Positions 1 through 8,543 of a stretch of DNA of 64,000 nt are shown piece after piece. The notes below the pieces were generated by a model. It saw nothing but the letters and a program-made list of their open reading frames with translations. It searched no databases and was not told where the DNA came from. Positions within the stretch are counted from its first letter, which is position 1. Each line of letters opens with the position of its first letter. The stretch is from Candidatus Aphodovivens excrementavium (lineage in GTDB: Bacteria > Actinomycetota > Coriobacteriia > Coriobacteriales > Eggerthellaceae): the NCBI GenBank assembly GCA_018715935.1, contig DVKR01000017.1, positions 4,125-68,124 on the forward strand, given 5' to 3'. A program made the position numbers and the translations under genes.

Positions 1-1
1 G

Positions 2-1774
2 GACGAGAAGGGCTTAGCGCGCGTAGCTCGGTTCCTCAAAGAGGGCGAGTGCCCCGACTGCGGTGGCTCGCGCCTGTCTGCTGCGGCGCGCGCTCCGCGC
101 ATCGATGGCATGAACCTGGCGGACGCCGCGCGGCTCACGCTCGACGAGCTTGCGCAGTGGGCGCCATCGGTGCCCGGGAAGGTTCCCGGGGGAGAAGTTC
201 GCGCTATGGCGGAGGCCATCGTTGCCGAGATGGCGGAGCCCATCGCGCGCTTGCAGCAGTTGGGCGTGGGGTATCTCTCGCTCGATCGCGCAAGTTCCAC
301 CCTGTCTACCGGCGAGCGCCAGCGCGTTCAGCTTGCCCGTGCGGTGCGCAATCGCACGACGGGCGTGCTTTATGTGTTGGATGAGCCGTCTATTGGGCTT
401 CACCCTTCCAACGTGGAGGGATTGCTCGGCGTGATGGACGATCTTCTGGCGGACGGCAATTCCGTGGTGATGGTAGATCACGATGTGCGCGCGCTGCGCC
501 ACGCCGATTATCTTATCGAGCTGGGGCCCGCTTCCGGAGCCGACGGGGGACGCATTGTCGCGCAGGGCAGCGTTGCAGAGGTGGCGGCTAGCTCCGCCTC
601 GCGCATAGGTCCGTTCCTCGACGGGTCGCGCGAAGTCCGCGTGAGGAGGCGTGCGGCAGCAAGCGAGCTTTTCGACCGAGGCGCTATCCATTTGGAAACC
701 GACGCCATCCACACGGTAAAGCCGCTTTCCGTCGACATTCCGCGCGGATGCCTCACGGTGGTTACCGGCGTGTCGGGCTCGGGGAAAACGACGCTGGTGC
801 TGGAGAGCCTGATGCCGGCGCTCGCGGCAGCAACGGCGGGCACAGTGCCGCCGGCGCCAGTGCGCGGAATTGACGCTGAGGGCATCCGTCGCGCCCATCT
901 CATTGACGCAACGCCTATTGGCGCGAACGTGCGCTCTACGGTGGCAACGTATTCGGGCGTGCTGGACGATTTGCGTAAGGCATACGCAGCGCTGCCCGAG
1001 GCAAAGGCGCAAGGGCTTACGGCGGGCGCGTTCTCGTACAATACCGGAAGCCTGCGCTGCCCTACCTGCGACGGTACTGGCCAGGTGTCGTTGGACGTGC
1101 AGTTTCTGCCCGACGTGGACGTTCCTTGCCCCGATTGCGGCGGTTCGCGTTACGGGCGCGACGCCTATGCCGTGCCGATGTCGGTTATGCCGGCGCCTGC
1201 GGATTGCAGGGAGGCAGGAGGAGTTGATGGTTCTGCGGAAGGGGAGCCGGGCGGAAGCTCGGAAGAGGGCGCTGCCGAGGCGCTTCCCATTCCCGATCTG
1301 CTGGCGCTTACCGTTGACGAGGCGCTCGAGCGCATCATTGTGCAGGGCGCAGGCATGAAGCGAGTGGAGAAGAAGCTGAAGATCCTGCACGATTTGGGAG
1401 TTGGCTACCTGACGCTGGGCGAGGCTACGCCGGCGCTTTCCGGCGGTGAGGCGCAGCGTCTCAAGCTGGCAAGCGAGCTTACCCGCAGCCAAGACGATGC
1501 TCTGTTCGCGTTCGACGAACCCACCATCGGCTTGCATCCGCTTGATGTTGAAACGCTGCTTGGCGTGCTGCAGCGTCTTATCGACAACGGCGCCACGGTG
1601 GTGGTGATCGAGCACGACCTGGATATGATCGCCAACGCCGACTACGTGATAGACATGGGGCCGGGTGGCGGCGAGGACGGCGGGCGCGTCGTTGCGGCGG
1701 GCACGCCCGAGCAGGTGGCGGCATGCCCCGAAAGCGTTACCGGCCGCTATATCGCCGAAGAGCTGGCGAGCTAG
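2..1774 (+). CDS. uvrA: Excinuclease ABC subunit A family ATPase (UvrA or UvrA paralog), 5' end outside window
   Basis: Frame 2 is open from the window edge (DEKGLARVARFLKEGECPDCGGSRL...). The motif order is that of UvrA: LSTGERQRVQLA and LYVLDEPSIGLH, GVSGSGKTTLV, CPTCDGTG...CPDCGGSRY zinc finger, LSGGEAQRLKLA, FDEPTIGLH. The N-terminus is missing, so canonical UvrA cannot be told from a paralog. Confidence 0.85.
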   Translation, partial: DEKGLARVARFLKEGECPDCGGSRLSAAARAPRIDGMNLADAARLTLDELAQWAPSVPGKVPGGEVRAMAEAIVAEMAEPIARLQQLGVGYLSLDRASSTLSTGERQRVQLARAVRNRTTGVLYVLDEPSIGLHPSNVEGLLGVMDDLLADGNSVVMVDHDVRALRHADYLIELGPASGADGGRIVAQGSVAEVAASSASRIGPFLDGSREVRVRRRAAASELFDRGAIHLETDAIHTVKPLSVDIPRGCLTVVTGVSGSGKTTLVLESLMPALAAATAGTVPPAPVRGIDAEGIRRAHLIDATPIGANVRSTVATYSGVLDDLRKAYAALPEAKAQGLTAGAFSYNTGSLRCPTCDGTGQVSLDVQFLPDVDVPCPDCGGSRYGRDAYAVPMSVMPAPADCREAGGVDGSAEGEPGGSSEEGAAEALPIPDLLALTVDEALERIIVQGAGMKRVEKKLKILHDLGVGYLTLGEATPALSGGEAQRLKLASELTRSQDDALFAFDEPTIGLHPLDVETLLGVLQRLIDNGATVVVIEHDLDMIANADYVIDMGPGGGEDGGRVVAAGTPEQVAACPESVTGRYIAEELAS

Positions 1775-1784
1775 CCGGCGCGCG

Positions 1785-1837
1785 CTGCCAGGGATGGCTG
1801 CCAGGGACGCGCAGCCAGGGACGGCTGCCCAGGGACG
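1785..1837. repeat. Short imperfect tandem repeat, (G)CTGCCAGGGAC-like unit x4
   Basis: gctgccagggatg / gctgccagggacg / gcagccagggacg / gctgcccagggacg lie directly after the uvrA-family stop codon. Confidence 0.6.
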
Positions 1838-2041
1838 AACAACCGCGCCGGGAACGAGAATGTGGGACTCTATGTCAACAGTGGTTTAACATAGAGCAGC
1901 GACTTTTCGTCTCAATGAGCGCGTACGGGCGCGTGGGCCGTCCACTCGCCATCGCCGAAACCAATAGGCTGGCGTCTGGACAAAGGGGCAGTCGCGCGAC
2001 TACTATTAAGGTGTTTGTAAGCGTCGAAGAAGAAGCTGTTC

Positions 2042-3073
2042 GTGAACGAGCCTGACCCCAACTCATTCTATGCCGACCAACCAGCCCGATCCGCTAACCA
2101 GCCGTACGGGACGGCTGGCACTAAGAAATCTTCCAAAAAGAGGATCGCGATACTGGTTGCGATAGTGTTCGTCCTGATCGCCTCTTTAGGCGTAGGTGCC
2201 TGGTACGCAATATGTCAGCATAATGAGCAGGTTTGGGCGCAGGAGCATAAAACGTTTCCGGTCACGATTTCAATTCTCTCCGAGGACTATGATCCAACAG
2301 CCTCCAGTCCTGTCCCGATCCTTGTTCGGGGAACGGATTTCGAGGGCAATCCCGTGTCGATGGAGGCCATGATTTGCAGCGCAGAGAGCGGTCAGATAGA
2401 ACTTATGCGCGGCACTTACACAGTTAGCGTCAGCGCTTCGCCCTTTTTGGCCGATGGATCCATGTTCGATGTGTCGGCAAGCAAAGGAGATTTCGAAATT
2501 GCGGGCGATGGGGAGATGGGGCAGATCGCTGTTTCCCTCTCGATGGCGCCGATAAGCCCAAATGATCTAACAGAGGAGATCGTAACGGCGTCGAAAGACA
2601 AGCTGGTATCGCTTGGGTTCGATGAGGGCTCTGCCAATCAATATGTGGATGCTGCGCTTAGCCAGATCAACAGTGCAAGGCTTACTGTTCAACTGTCGGA
2701 TGCCAGGGCCGGGTTTGCTGCTGAATTGGAGCAGTTGGAATTTGATTTCGACAACGATCCGCGCCTTGTGGGAGCGCAATTCGAGATGAATGTCGCGGCA
2801 GCGGAATATCGTCAAAAGTACGATGCCCTTGTAAACGACATGTACTCCTATTTGACTACGATAGTAACGGGTGACGAGCTGGCCAATCTGGAATCAAGCC
2901 AAGCGCTTTGGGAAGCCGAAAAAGAGGCGGCCTCTCAGGCGGCCGGGGCAAGCGCAATTGGCGGAAGCATATATTCCATGAGCATCCATGGGGCAGCGAT
3001 GGAGTGCGACAGGGATCGTATCAACGAGCTGCTGGCGATGATGGATCAAAAGATTGTAGAGTTGAGCCGGTAG
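2042..3073 (+). CDS. Membrane-anchored protein: N-terminal TM, conserved extracytoplasmic domain, C-terminal DUF1311/LprI-like region (tentative)
   Basis: GTG start. One TM segment (IAILVAIVFVLIASLGVGAWYAI). About 110 aa are clearly homologous to the ORF at 19815-20843 (YDP..SP.P..V.GTDFE.N.VS...ELMRGTYT..V..SP.LADG). The C-terminal W...GGS...C..R...L pattern resembles DUF1311. Confidence 0.7.
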   Translation: MNEPDPNSFYADQPARSANQPYGTAGTKKSSKKRIAILVAIVFVLIASLGVGAWYAICQHNEQVWAQEHKTFPVTISILSEDYDPTASSPVPILVRGTDFEGNPVSMEAMICSAESGQIELMRGTYTVSVSASPFLADGSMFDVSASKGDFEIAGDGEMGQIAVSLSMAPISPNDLTEEIVTASKDKLVSLGFDEGSANQYVDAALSQINSARLTVQLSDARAGFAAELEQLEFDFDNDPRLVGAQFEMNVAAAEYRQKYDALVNDMYSYLTTIVTGDELANLESSQALWEAEKEAASQAAGASAIGGSIYSMSIHGAAMECDRDRINELLAMMDQKIVELSR

Positions 3074-3210
3074 CAAGATGTGGCGACGAGCGATCTGCTG
3101 CTTGCCATCACACGCGCTGCCTCCCAAATCCTGCGCTGTAGCGAGCGGGCGCGGCGTTTCCCGACCCCTCCAGAACAAAATCCAAAATAATTAGCTCGCA
3201 GCTTAGCGAC

Positions 3211-4041
3211 TTACGCCGGCTCCATCGCGCCGGTTTCGCGTAGGGTGAAGCGCCGTCCGTCGTAGTCGACGCGGGTGAGACTGCCGTTGGCAATTACGAG
3301 CGGGTCGTTGATGCGCGAGCGGTCCAGCAAGTACATGATCGACCGGATGGTGAACGCGTGCGTCACCGCGAGCACGTTGCCACCGCCGTTGGCGAGAGTC
3401 GCGTTGCCGACGTCCTGCAGAAACGAACGCAGACGCGCTTCGATGTCGGCGAAACGCTCGGCGCGACCCGACGCGTCTAGGCGCGCGAGGTTGTCGGCGG
3501 TTTCGGGAAGGCGCTCGTTTTCCTGCGCGAACGTGAGTTCCGACCCGAACCCTTCAATCAGACGCCGGTGCAGGTCCTCTCCAGAGCCCATTTCCAAGTC
3601 TCCGTAGCACCACTCGCGCAGACGCCAGTCGGTGGAAAGCGGCAGGCCGCCCGCTACCCGGGGTTCTTCGGCGCTGAGCGCTTGGTTGAGCGCCACAAGA
3701 TACGTCGCCGCTCCTGCTGTGCTGGGGCTGGTGTTTTGCGCACGGGATGCCGTTGCGGCTGCGTTGGCTGCGCGCTTTTCTGCCGACGGGACGGCAAGCG
3801 GCCTGGCGTCAAGTTCGCGCATAGCGTCGCGCGCATCTAACAGTTCGGCGAGCGTTTGGCACGTGCGCCCCTTGTCGCTGGCAATGGCACGCACGAACTC
3901 CACGTCGGCGAGCTTGGCACCGATGGCCCGAGCTGCTGTCACTCCCTCATCGACAAGCGGCGAGTCGCACCACCCTTGCACCTTATGCTGTTGGTTGAAC
4001 ACCGTTTTTCCGTGACGGATGAAGTAAAAGCTAACGTTCAT
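3211..4041 (-). CDS. Histidine phosphatase family protein (phosphoglycerate mutase-like)
   Basis: MNVSFYFIRHGKTVFNQQHKVQGWCDSPL carries the RHG catalytic motif, and a later VTHAFTIR segment fits the family. The start at 4041 has a GAGG 4 nt upstream. An alternative ATG lies at 4071. Confidence 0.8.
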   Translation of the reverse strand: MNVSFYFIRHGKTVFNQQHKVQGWCDSPLVDEGVTAARAIGAKLADVEFVRAIASDKGRTCQTLAELLDARDAMRELDARPLAVPSAEKRAANAAATASRAQNTSPSTAGAATYLVALNQALSAEEPRVAGGLPLSTDWRLREWCYGDLEMGSGEDLHRRLIEGFGSELTFAQENERLPETADNLARLDASGRAERFADIEARLRSFLQDVGNATLANGGGNVLAVTHAFTIRSIMYLLDRSRINDPLVIANGSLTRVDYDGRRFTLRETGAMEPA

Positions 4042-4186
4042 GAGGCCTCGGGTTTCTCGGTCTTTGCGCATTCCAGGAACGGTAGCAGATTAGCAGATGG
4101 TTGTACACAAATAAGCTGTTTGATATAGTACAAATGTTCGTATCTATAAGACAATTCTTCATAGTGACAGCAATGCTAGGCAAAAC

Positions 4187-4202
4187 TTATCATATATGAT
4201 AA
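4187..4202. promoter_or_regulatory. Perfect 16-bp palindrome TTATCATATATGATAA, probable operator of the downstream TA operon
   Basis: Read directly from the sequence. It sits in an AT-rich spacer about 20 bp upstream of the toxin start, just before an AAGGAG RBS. Confidence 0.55.
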
Positions 4203-4220
4203 TATATCAAGGAGCTGATC

Positions 4221-4547
4221 ATGTACGAGGTTGATTACTATCGAAGTCTCGATGGGAGTTGCCCAGTCGAAGCGTTTTTGGATCATCTCGCTCCGAAGAT
4301 GAAGGCTAAAGTGTTCGGAAGGATGGAGCTGTTAGAAGAATACGGTCCTCAGCTTGCGTTCCCCTTTTCTCGTCATCTGGAGGACGGTATATTCGAACTG
4401 AGGGTCGTCCAAGGATCTAATGCGGCGCGCGTTCTTTATTTTTTCGTTGCGGGGAAAAGGGCAATTCTCACGCATGGTTTTATGAAAAAGACGCAGAAGA
4501 CGCCTCGAAAAGAAATAGAGCGGGCAAAAGCCATTCGCAGCGATTAG
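4221..4547 (+). CDS. Type II toxin, RelE/ParE superfamily, Gp49/HigB-like (DUF891-type)
   Basis: 108 aa. The pattern MYEVDYY...CPVEAFLD...FELRV..GSNAARVLYFFVAGKRAILTHGFMKKTQKTPRKEIE is typical of phage Gp49-like killer proteins. An HTH gene follows 10 bp downstream. Confidence 0.8.
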   Translation: MYEVDYYRSLDGSCPVEAFLDHLAPKMKAKVFGRMELLEEYGPQLAFPFSRHLEDGIFELRVVQGSNAARVLYFFVAGKRAILTHGFMKKTQKTPRKEIERAKAIRSD

Positions 4548-4557
4548 AGGAGATTGA

Positions 4558-4830
4558 ATGAGTGATTTCAGAAAACACCTCGAAGCCTCTCTGTCCGATT
4601 CCGCGTTCAGGCGCGAATGGGAGGCTCAGGCGCAGGAGCGGGAGGTGTCTCGGCGGATCGTGGAGGCTCGGATGCAGGAAGGGTTATCTCAGCAGGATCT
4701 TGCGCGTCGCTGCGGCATGCAGCCGGCGAATTTGAGCAGGTTGGAAAATGGTAACGGGAACCCCTCCGTTGCAACGCTCGAGAAGATCGCACACGGGCTA
4801 GGGAGAAAGCTCGATATTAGGTTTGTTTAG
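4558..4830 (+). CDS. XRE-family HTH antitoxin
   Basis: 90 aa with an HTH core (LSQQDLARRCGMQPANLSRLENGNGNPSVATLEKIAHGLG). It is paired with the upstream toxin. Confidence 0.8.
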   Translation: MSDFRKHLEASLSDSAFRREWEAQAQEREVSRRIVEARMQEGLSQQDLARRCGMQPANLSRLENGNGNPSVATLEKIAHGLGRKLDIRFV

Positions 4831-4868
4831 CGTGCTGTCTTCACTTCGCCTTTTTCGCAGCGATTGCC

Positions 4869-5719
4869 TCACGAGTCGATAATCGTGCTCGCCATGCCCT
4901 GGCGATGCGCCTCGTTGATCTCGCGGTCGCACGTGGCGGAGCGCATGCTGTCCACATATGACGTCCACGCACGGCGAAACGTGCCGCGTTCGTGTTCGAA
5001 CCCGGCGTTGGCCAGGTAGAAGTCGCGCGCCTCGTCTAACTTGGTAGCCATGTCGCCGCAGGCCAGAAGCTGTTTGATTGCATGCGGCACGGCGATGTCG
5101 GGGTTAACCACGCGCAGGCACTGCTTCGCCCAGCCAATCCAGCCGCCCTCGATACCGCCTGAGAAGTTGAGCATGGCGAAATCGTAGCCCATGTCGCGCA
5201 AGATCGATTCTTGCAGCTCGCCGTAGTAGCCCAGTCGGCACGGTCCGCCGAACTGGACCAACACGTCGGCACCTGCTTCTAGCGCCTCGATAAAGTCGCC
5301 CAAGATGTGCTTAAACGGCGTGCACACGTAGTCGGTGGAGTGCTGCGTCCCCGCTTCCTCAAGCGCGTCGATGACGGCTCCGCTCAGGTAGCGGTCGTGC
5401 GCGATGTAGGGGTGCGCTGCCAGCAGAATCCCGCGCGCGGGTTGGCGCTGGCATAACAGGGTAAAAAGATCGCGTCGCAGGCGCCGATCAGGCTTTCGAT
5501 GTGTCCCAGATACGCCTTAGACGCCAGGCAGCATTCGCCCACCGAGCGCGCCGTTCCTGCATCGACGACTGCCCTGTCCGTTTCGCCGCTGACCACGACG
5601 GTGAGTCCGAGTTTTTCGAAGAACGTCCGCCACAGCGTGCCGAAGCGATAGCAGAGCAACCCACGCGGAATTCCCACGGTGCGCACATCGCTCAAGCTTT
5701 GGGAAAGCGGTCGTGCCAC
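4869..5719 (-). pseudogene. Frameshifted acyl-CoA dehydratase activase-related protein (DUF2229-like)
   Basis: The N-terminal ORF 5719-5384 reads VGIPRGLLCYRFGTLWRTFFEKLGLTVVVSGETD...ECCLASKAY. Protein-like translation continues in another frame (ILLAAHPYIAHDRYLSGAVIDALEEAG...CTPFKHILGDF...GGPCRLGYYGELQ). The frame change falls near the ccgcgcgcggg run at about 5431-5441. Confidence 0.6.
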
Positions 5720-5897
5720 GGAAGGTTCTTTCGTTGCGAATAATCAATCTGCCTATTATAGCGATGCGGCAGTGCGGGCTTGGCTACTTTATCTGCACGC
5801 GCGGGGTGTGCTCGGGGATATAATCTACGAAAGGCGGTCGGAACATCGGATAGGTACGACGCGCCGTCACTTTGAAACAAAAGCGAGAGAGGCAGCT

Positions 5898-6023
5898 GTG
5901 GAACCGAACTTTAATGTGCTTGCGCAGACGGGCGATAGCATTCTTCCGCTTGTCGTTGGGGGTATTGTCGTTGTCGCGCTTATCGTGCTGGTGGTTGCAT
6001 TTATCCTGATGAGGCGTCGCTAG
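5898..6023 (+). CDS. 41-aa mini-ORF consisting only of an LAxTG-type cell-wall sorting signal (LAQTG + TM + RRR)
   Basis: GTG at 5898 lies 5 nt after GAGAGAGG. The product is MEPNFNVLAQTGDSILPLVVGGIVVVALIVLVVAFILMRRR. The stop TAG at 6021-6023 is 1 nt before the rsmI ATG. Coding status is unproven. Confidence 0.35.
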   Translation: MEPNFNVLAQTGDSILPLVVGGIVVVALIVLVVAFILMRRR

Positions 6024-6024
6024 C

Positions 6025-6945
6025 ATGACGTTGCGTGCAGCGAAGGAAGGCGCTTCTGGCGAGGTTGAGCGGGGGAGCGCGGCATCAAGCGGAGGACGCC
6101 TGATTGTGGTGCCCACGCCGCTAGGGAACTTGGGCGATGTGACGCAGCGTGCGCTCGACGCCCTGCGCGCAGCCGACGTGGTGTGCGCAGAGGACACGCG
6201 GGTAACGGGAAAGCTGCTGGCTGCCTTTGACATCCAAAAGCGCCTCGAGCGCTTGGACGAGGCAATGGCTGCCCAGCGTGCTACGGATATCGTCCGGCGC
6301 GTGCGTGCCGGCGAGACAATTGCCTATTGCAGCGACGCGGGAATGCCGGGAGTGTCCGACCCGGGGATGAGGCTGGTGCGCGCGTGCCGCGAGGCGGGTG
6401 CCGCAGTGGAGGTGCTGCCCGGCCCAACGGCGGTTGCGACGGCATACGTGGCAAGCGGCTGCGATAACCAAAAGTTCTACTTTGGCGGGTTTTTCCCGCG
6501 CAAAGCGGGCGAGCGGCGAGCGGCGCTCGAAGCGCTGCGAACCCTCGACGCCGCGCTTGTCTTCTATGAGAGCCCCAACCGCCTTGTGGGCGCGCTCGAA
6601 GCGATTGCCGAGGCGTTTCCCCTGCGCACAGCCACGGTGTGCCGCGAGCTCACCAAGCTGCATGAGGAGATCGTCCGGGACGCGACGCCCGGCTTGCGCG
6701 ACGAGTTCGCGCGCCGCGAAAAAGAGAGCGGCATCAAGGGCGAAATCGTCATCGTGATAGACGGGCCGTCCAAACAGGAGGAGGCTGTGCGGACGCAGGA
6801 CGCAGCCGCCGATGCGCGCACGCGAGCCGCGCAGTTGGCGGCGGAGGGCGTGCGTGCGAAGCAAATTGCCAAGACCGTTGCCGCCGAGCTGGGGATATCC
6901 CGCAACGAGGCGTATGAGATCGCGCTGGAGGCGTGCCGTTCGTGA
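6025..6945 (+). CDS. rsmI: 16S rRNA (cytidine1402-2'-O)-methyltransferase
   Basis: LIVVPTPLGNLGDVTQRALDALRAADVVCAEDTRVTGKLL and ...YESPNRL... are the tetrapyrrole-methylase-like RsmI signature. Confidence 0.9.
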   Translation: MTLRAAKEGASGEVERGSAASSGGRLIVVPTPLGNLGDVTQRALDALRAADVVCAEDTRVTGKLLAAFDIQKRLERLDEAMAAQRATDIVRRVRAGETIAYCSDAGMPGVSDPGMRLVRACREAGAAVEVLPGPTAVATAYVASGCDNQKFYFGGFFPRKAGERRAALEALRTLDAALVFYESPNRLVGALEAIAEAFPLRTATVCRELTKLHEEIVRDATPGLRDEFARREKESGIKGEIVIVIDGPSKQEEAVRTQDAAADARTRAAQLAAEGVRAKQIAKTVAAELGISRNEAYEIALEACRS

Positions 6946-7550
6946 ATGGGCGCAGACCGACGGGCGCGACGAGAAAAAACGCGTTCGGAAGCGGCGCGGC
7001 TCCGCTCGAAGAGCTCGTATTCGTGGACGAGTTCGAGGTGTGGGTTGTCCGCAAGCGCGTCAAGAACATCAACCTGCATGTGAAGCCGCCCGATGGGCGC
7101 ATTGAGGTATCGGTGCCCCTGAGAACCGACACCGAGTTCGTCCGCTCGTTCGTGAGGGAAAAGGCAAGCTGGATTCGCAAGCAGCAAACGCGCATTGCCG
7201 AATCTCCGCAGGGCGTGGCTGCCGCCGCCTCGCCCGACGAGGTTGCACAGTGGAAGGCGGTTGTCCAGGCGTTCGTACCGCAGCTCATTGCCAAATGGGA
7301 GCCTGTGTTGGGCGTGAAGGCGGGCAAGGTGGCCTACCGCAACATGACCAGCCGTTGGGGCAGCTGTCAGCCGTCGACGGGGCGCATCTGCATCAACGTG
7401 CGCTTGGCGCTCTACCCTCCGGAATGCTTGGAGTACGTGGTGGTGCATGAGCTGTGCCATCTGATTGAGCGCGGTCACGATCCGCGCTTCTATGCGCTGC
7501 TGGATGAGTTTCTGCCCGATTGGCGCTCTGCCCGCGCAAAACTGCGGTAG
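6933..7550 (+). CDS. YgjP-like metal-dependent hydrolase (DUF45, HExxH)
   Basis: SRWGSCQPSTGRICINVRLALYPPECLEYVVVHELCHLIERGHDPRFYALLDEFLPDW. The start overlaps the rsmI end. An alternative GTG at 6942 forms a GTGA overlap. Confidence 0.85.
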   Translation: MPFVNGRRPTGATRKNAFGSGAAPLEELVFVDEFEVWVVRKRVKNINLHVKPPDGRIEVSVPLRTDTEFVRSFVREKASWIRKQQTRIAESPQGVAAAASPDEVAQWKAVVQAFVPQLIAKWEPVLGVKAGKVAYRNMTSRWGSCQPSTGRICINVRLALYPPECLEYVVVHELCHLIERGHDPRFYALLDEFLPDWRSARAKLR

Positions 7551-7582
7551 CAAACGTAGCGAACGTGGCGAACGTAGCAAAC
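7547..7582. repeat. 9-bp tandem repeat x4 (GTAGCRAAC)
   Basis: gtagcaaac gtagcgaac gtggcgaac gtagcaaac, spanning the DUF45 stop codon. Confidence 0.7.
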
Positions 7583-7683
7583 TCCCGCGCAATCCTGTCA
7601 CGCAGCGCGAGCTTTCGCGATCCTACTGGAACCCTTCCAAAAGAGAGTAGGCGGTTAGGACGAAGGGACACTCGAACACGCGG

Positions 7684-8393
7684 TTGCGCTTGCCCTTGCT
7701 TACTCGGCGAATTGCCTGCGCGTCGCAGAGAAGGTCTACCGCTTCGCTAACGCGCTTGAAGCTTCGTCCCGTAAGGCCTAAGGCGCTGGTTGCGTTCGGG
7801 AAGAAGGCAAAGGGGCACTATGTGGAGCTGTCCGAGGCGCGTGATCTGGCGGCGTCGTTGCCGGGCGTCATGCTGCGTGGGCAAACCGACTCGTCTCAGG
7901 GCATGGTGGGCGCGCTGGCGGGCGCAGGGCTTCGCCTGGGCGGCGAGGACGGAAGATTCCGGGGAAAATGGGATCTCACCCCGTTCGCTCGGCAAGCGAT
8001 ATACGGCGATACGCCTGTTGCCACCATACACGATTGTGTGGGCCTCTTTCCGACCAGGGAATCGATGTGCGCTTTGTCGATATGCGGGGAAACCTTCTTG
8101 ACGACGATGATGAGCTGATGCTCATTCCCGACGCGAAGCCGATTTTGCGACAAGGGGCTTTCACCATCGCAAGCGAGCGCAAGCTCAACGGCCGGTGGCT
8201 GCCCTGTACGAAAAAGAGCTTCATAGCCAAAGTGGGCCACGAGCTGCAGGGGTGCGAATGTTTCGTGGGAGACCCCGATGTTGAAGAGCACGTGACCGAG
8301 GCAGACTTGCGTTCGTGCGGATCGTGCCTGTATAGGCGTTTTGACAGCGATGGCATGTCGTGCTCGTTGGGGCTGGAAGTAGCTCCGTTATAG
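7684..8393 (+). pseudogene. Disrupted gene of unknown function with a Cys-rich C-terminus
   Basis: Two overlapping ORFs in different frames (7684-8118 and 7968-8393) both give protein-like sequence. They join plausibly near 8040-8055 (..ATIHDCVGLF | ..DQGIDVRFVDMRGNLLDDDDELMLIPDAKP..). No convincing N-terminus. The C-terminus is CECFVGD...CGSCLYRRFDSDGMSC. Confidence 0.4.
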
Positions 8394-8463
8394 CAAAAGA
8401 GGCGAAAGAACAGCCCGAATACGACAGCATGAGGGCCTGATGTGGAGCCGGGGTTGCTCGATT

Positions 8464-8511
8464 GCAGCAAAAGAACAGCCCGCTGTCGCAGGTGGCGCGC
8501 AGCGGGCTGTT
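8464..8511 (-). terminator. Intrinsic terminator after the MarR gene (12-bp stem; possibly bidirectional)
   Basis: aacagcccgctg (8474-8485) pairs with cagcgggctgtt (8500-8511). On the minus strand the stem is followed by cuuuugc. Confidence 0.6.
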
Positions 8512-8543
8512 GTAGTAGTGCGGCAGAGATGCCGGATGTAGCA

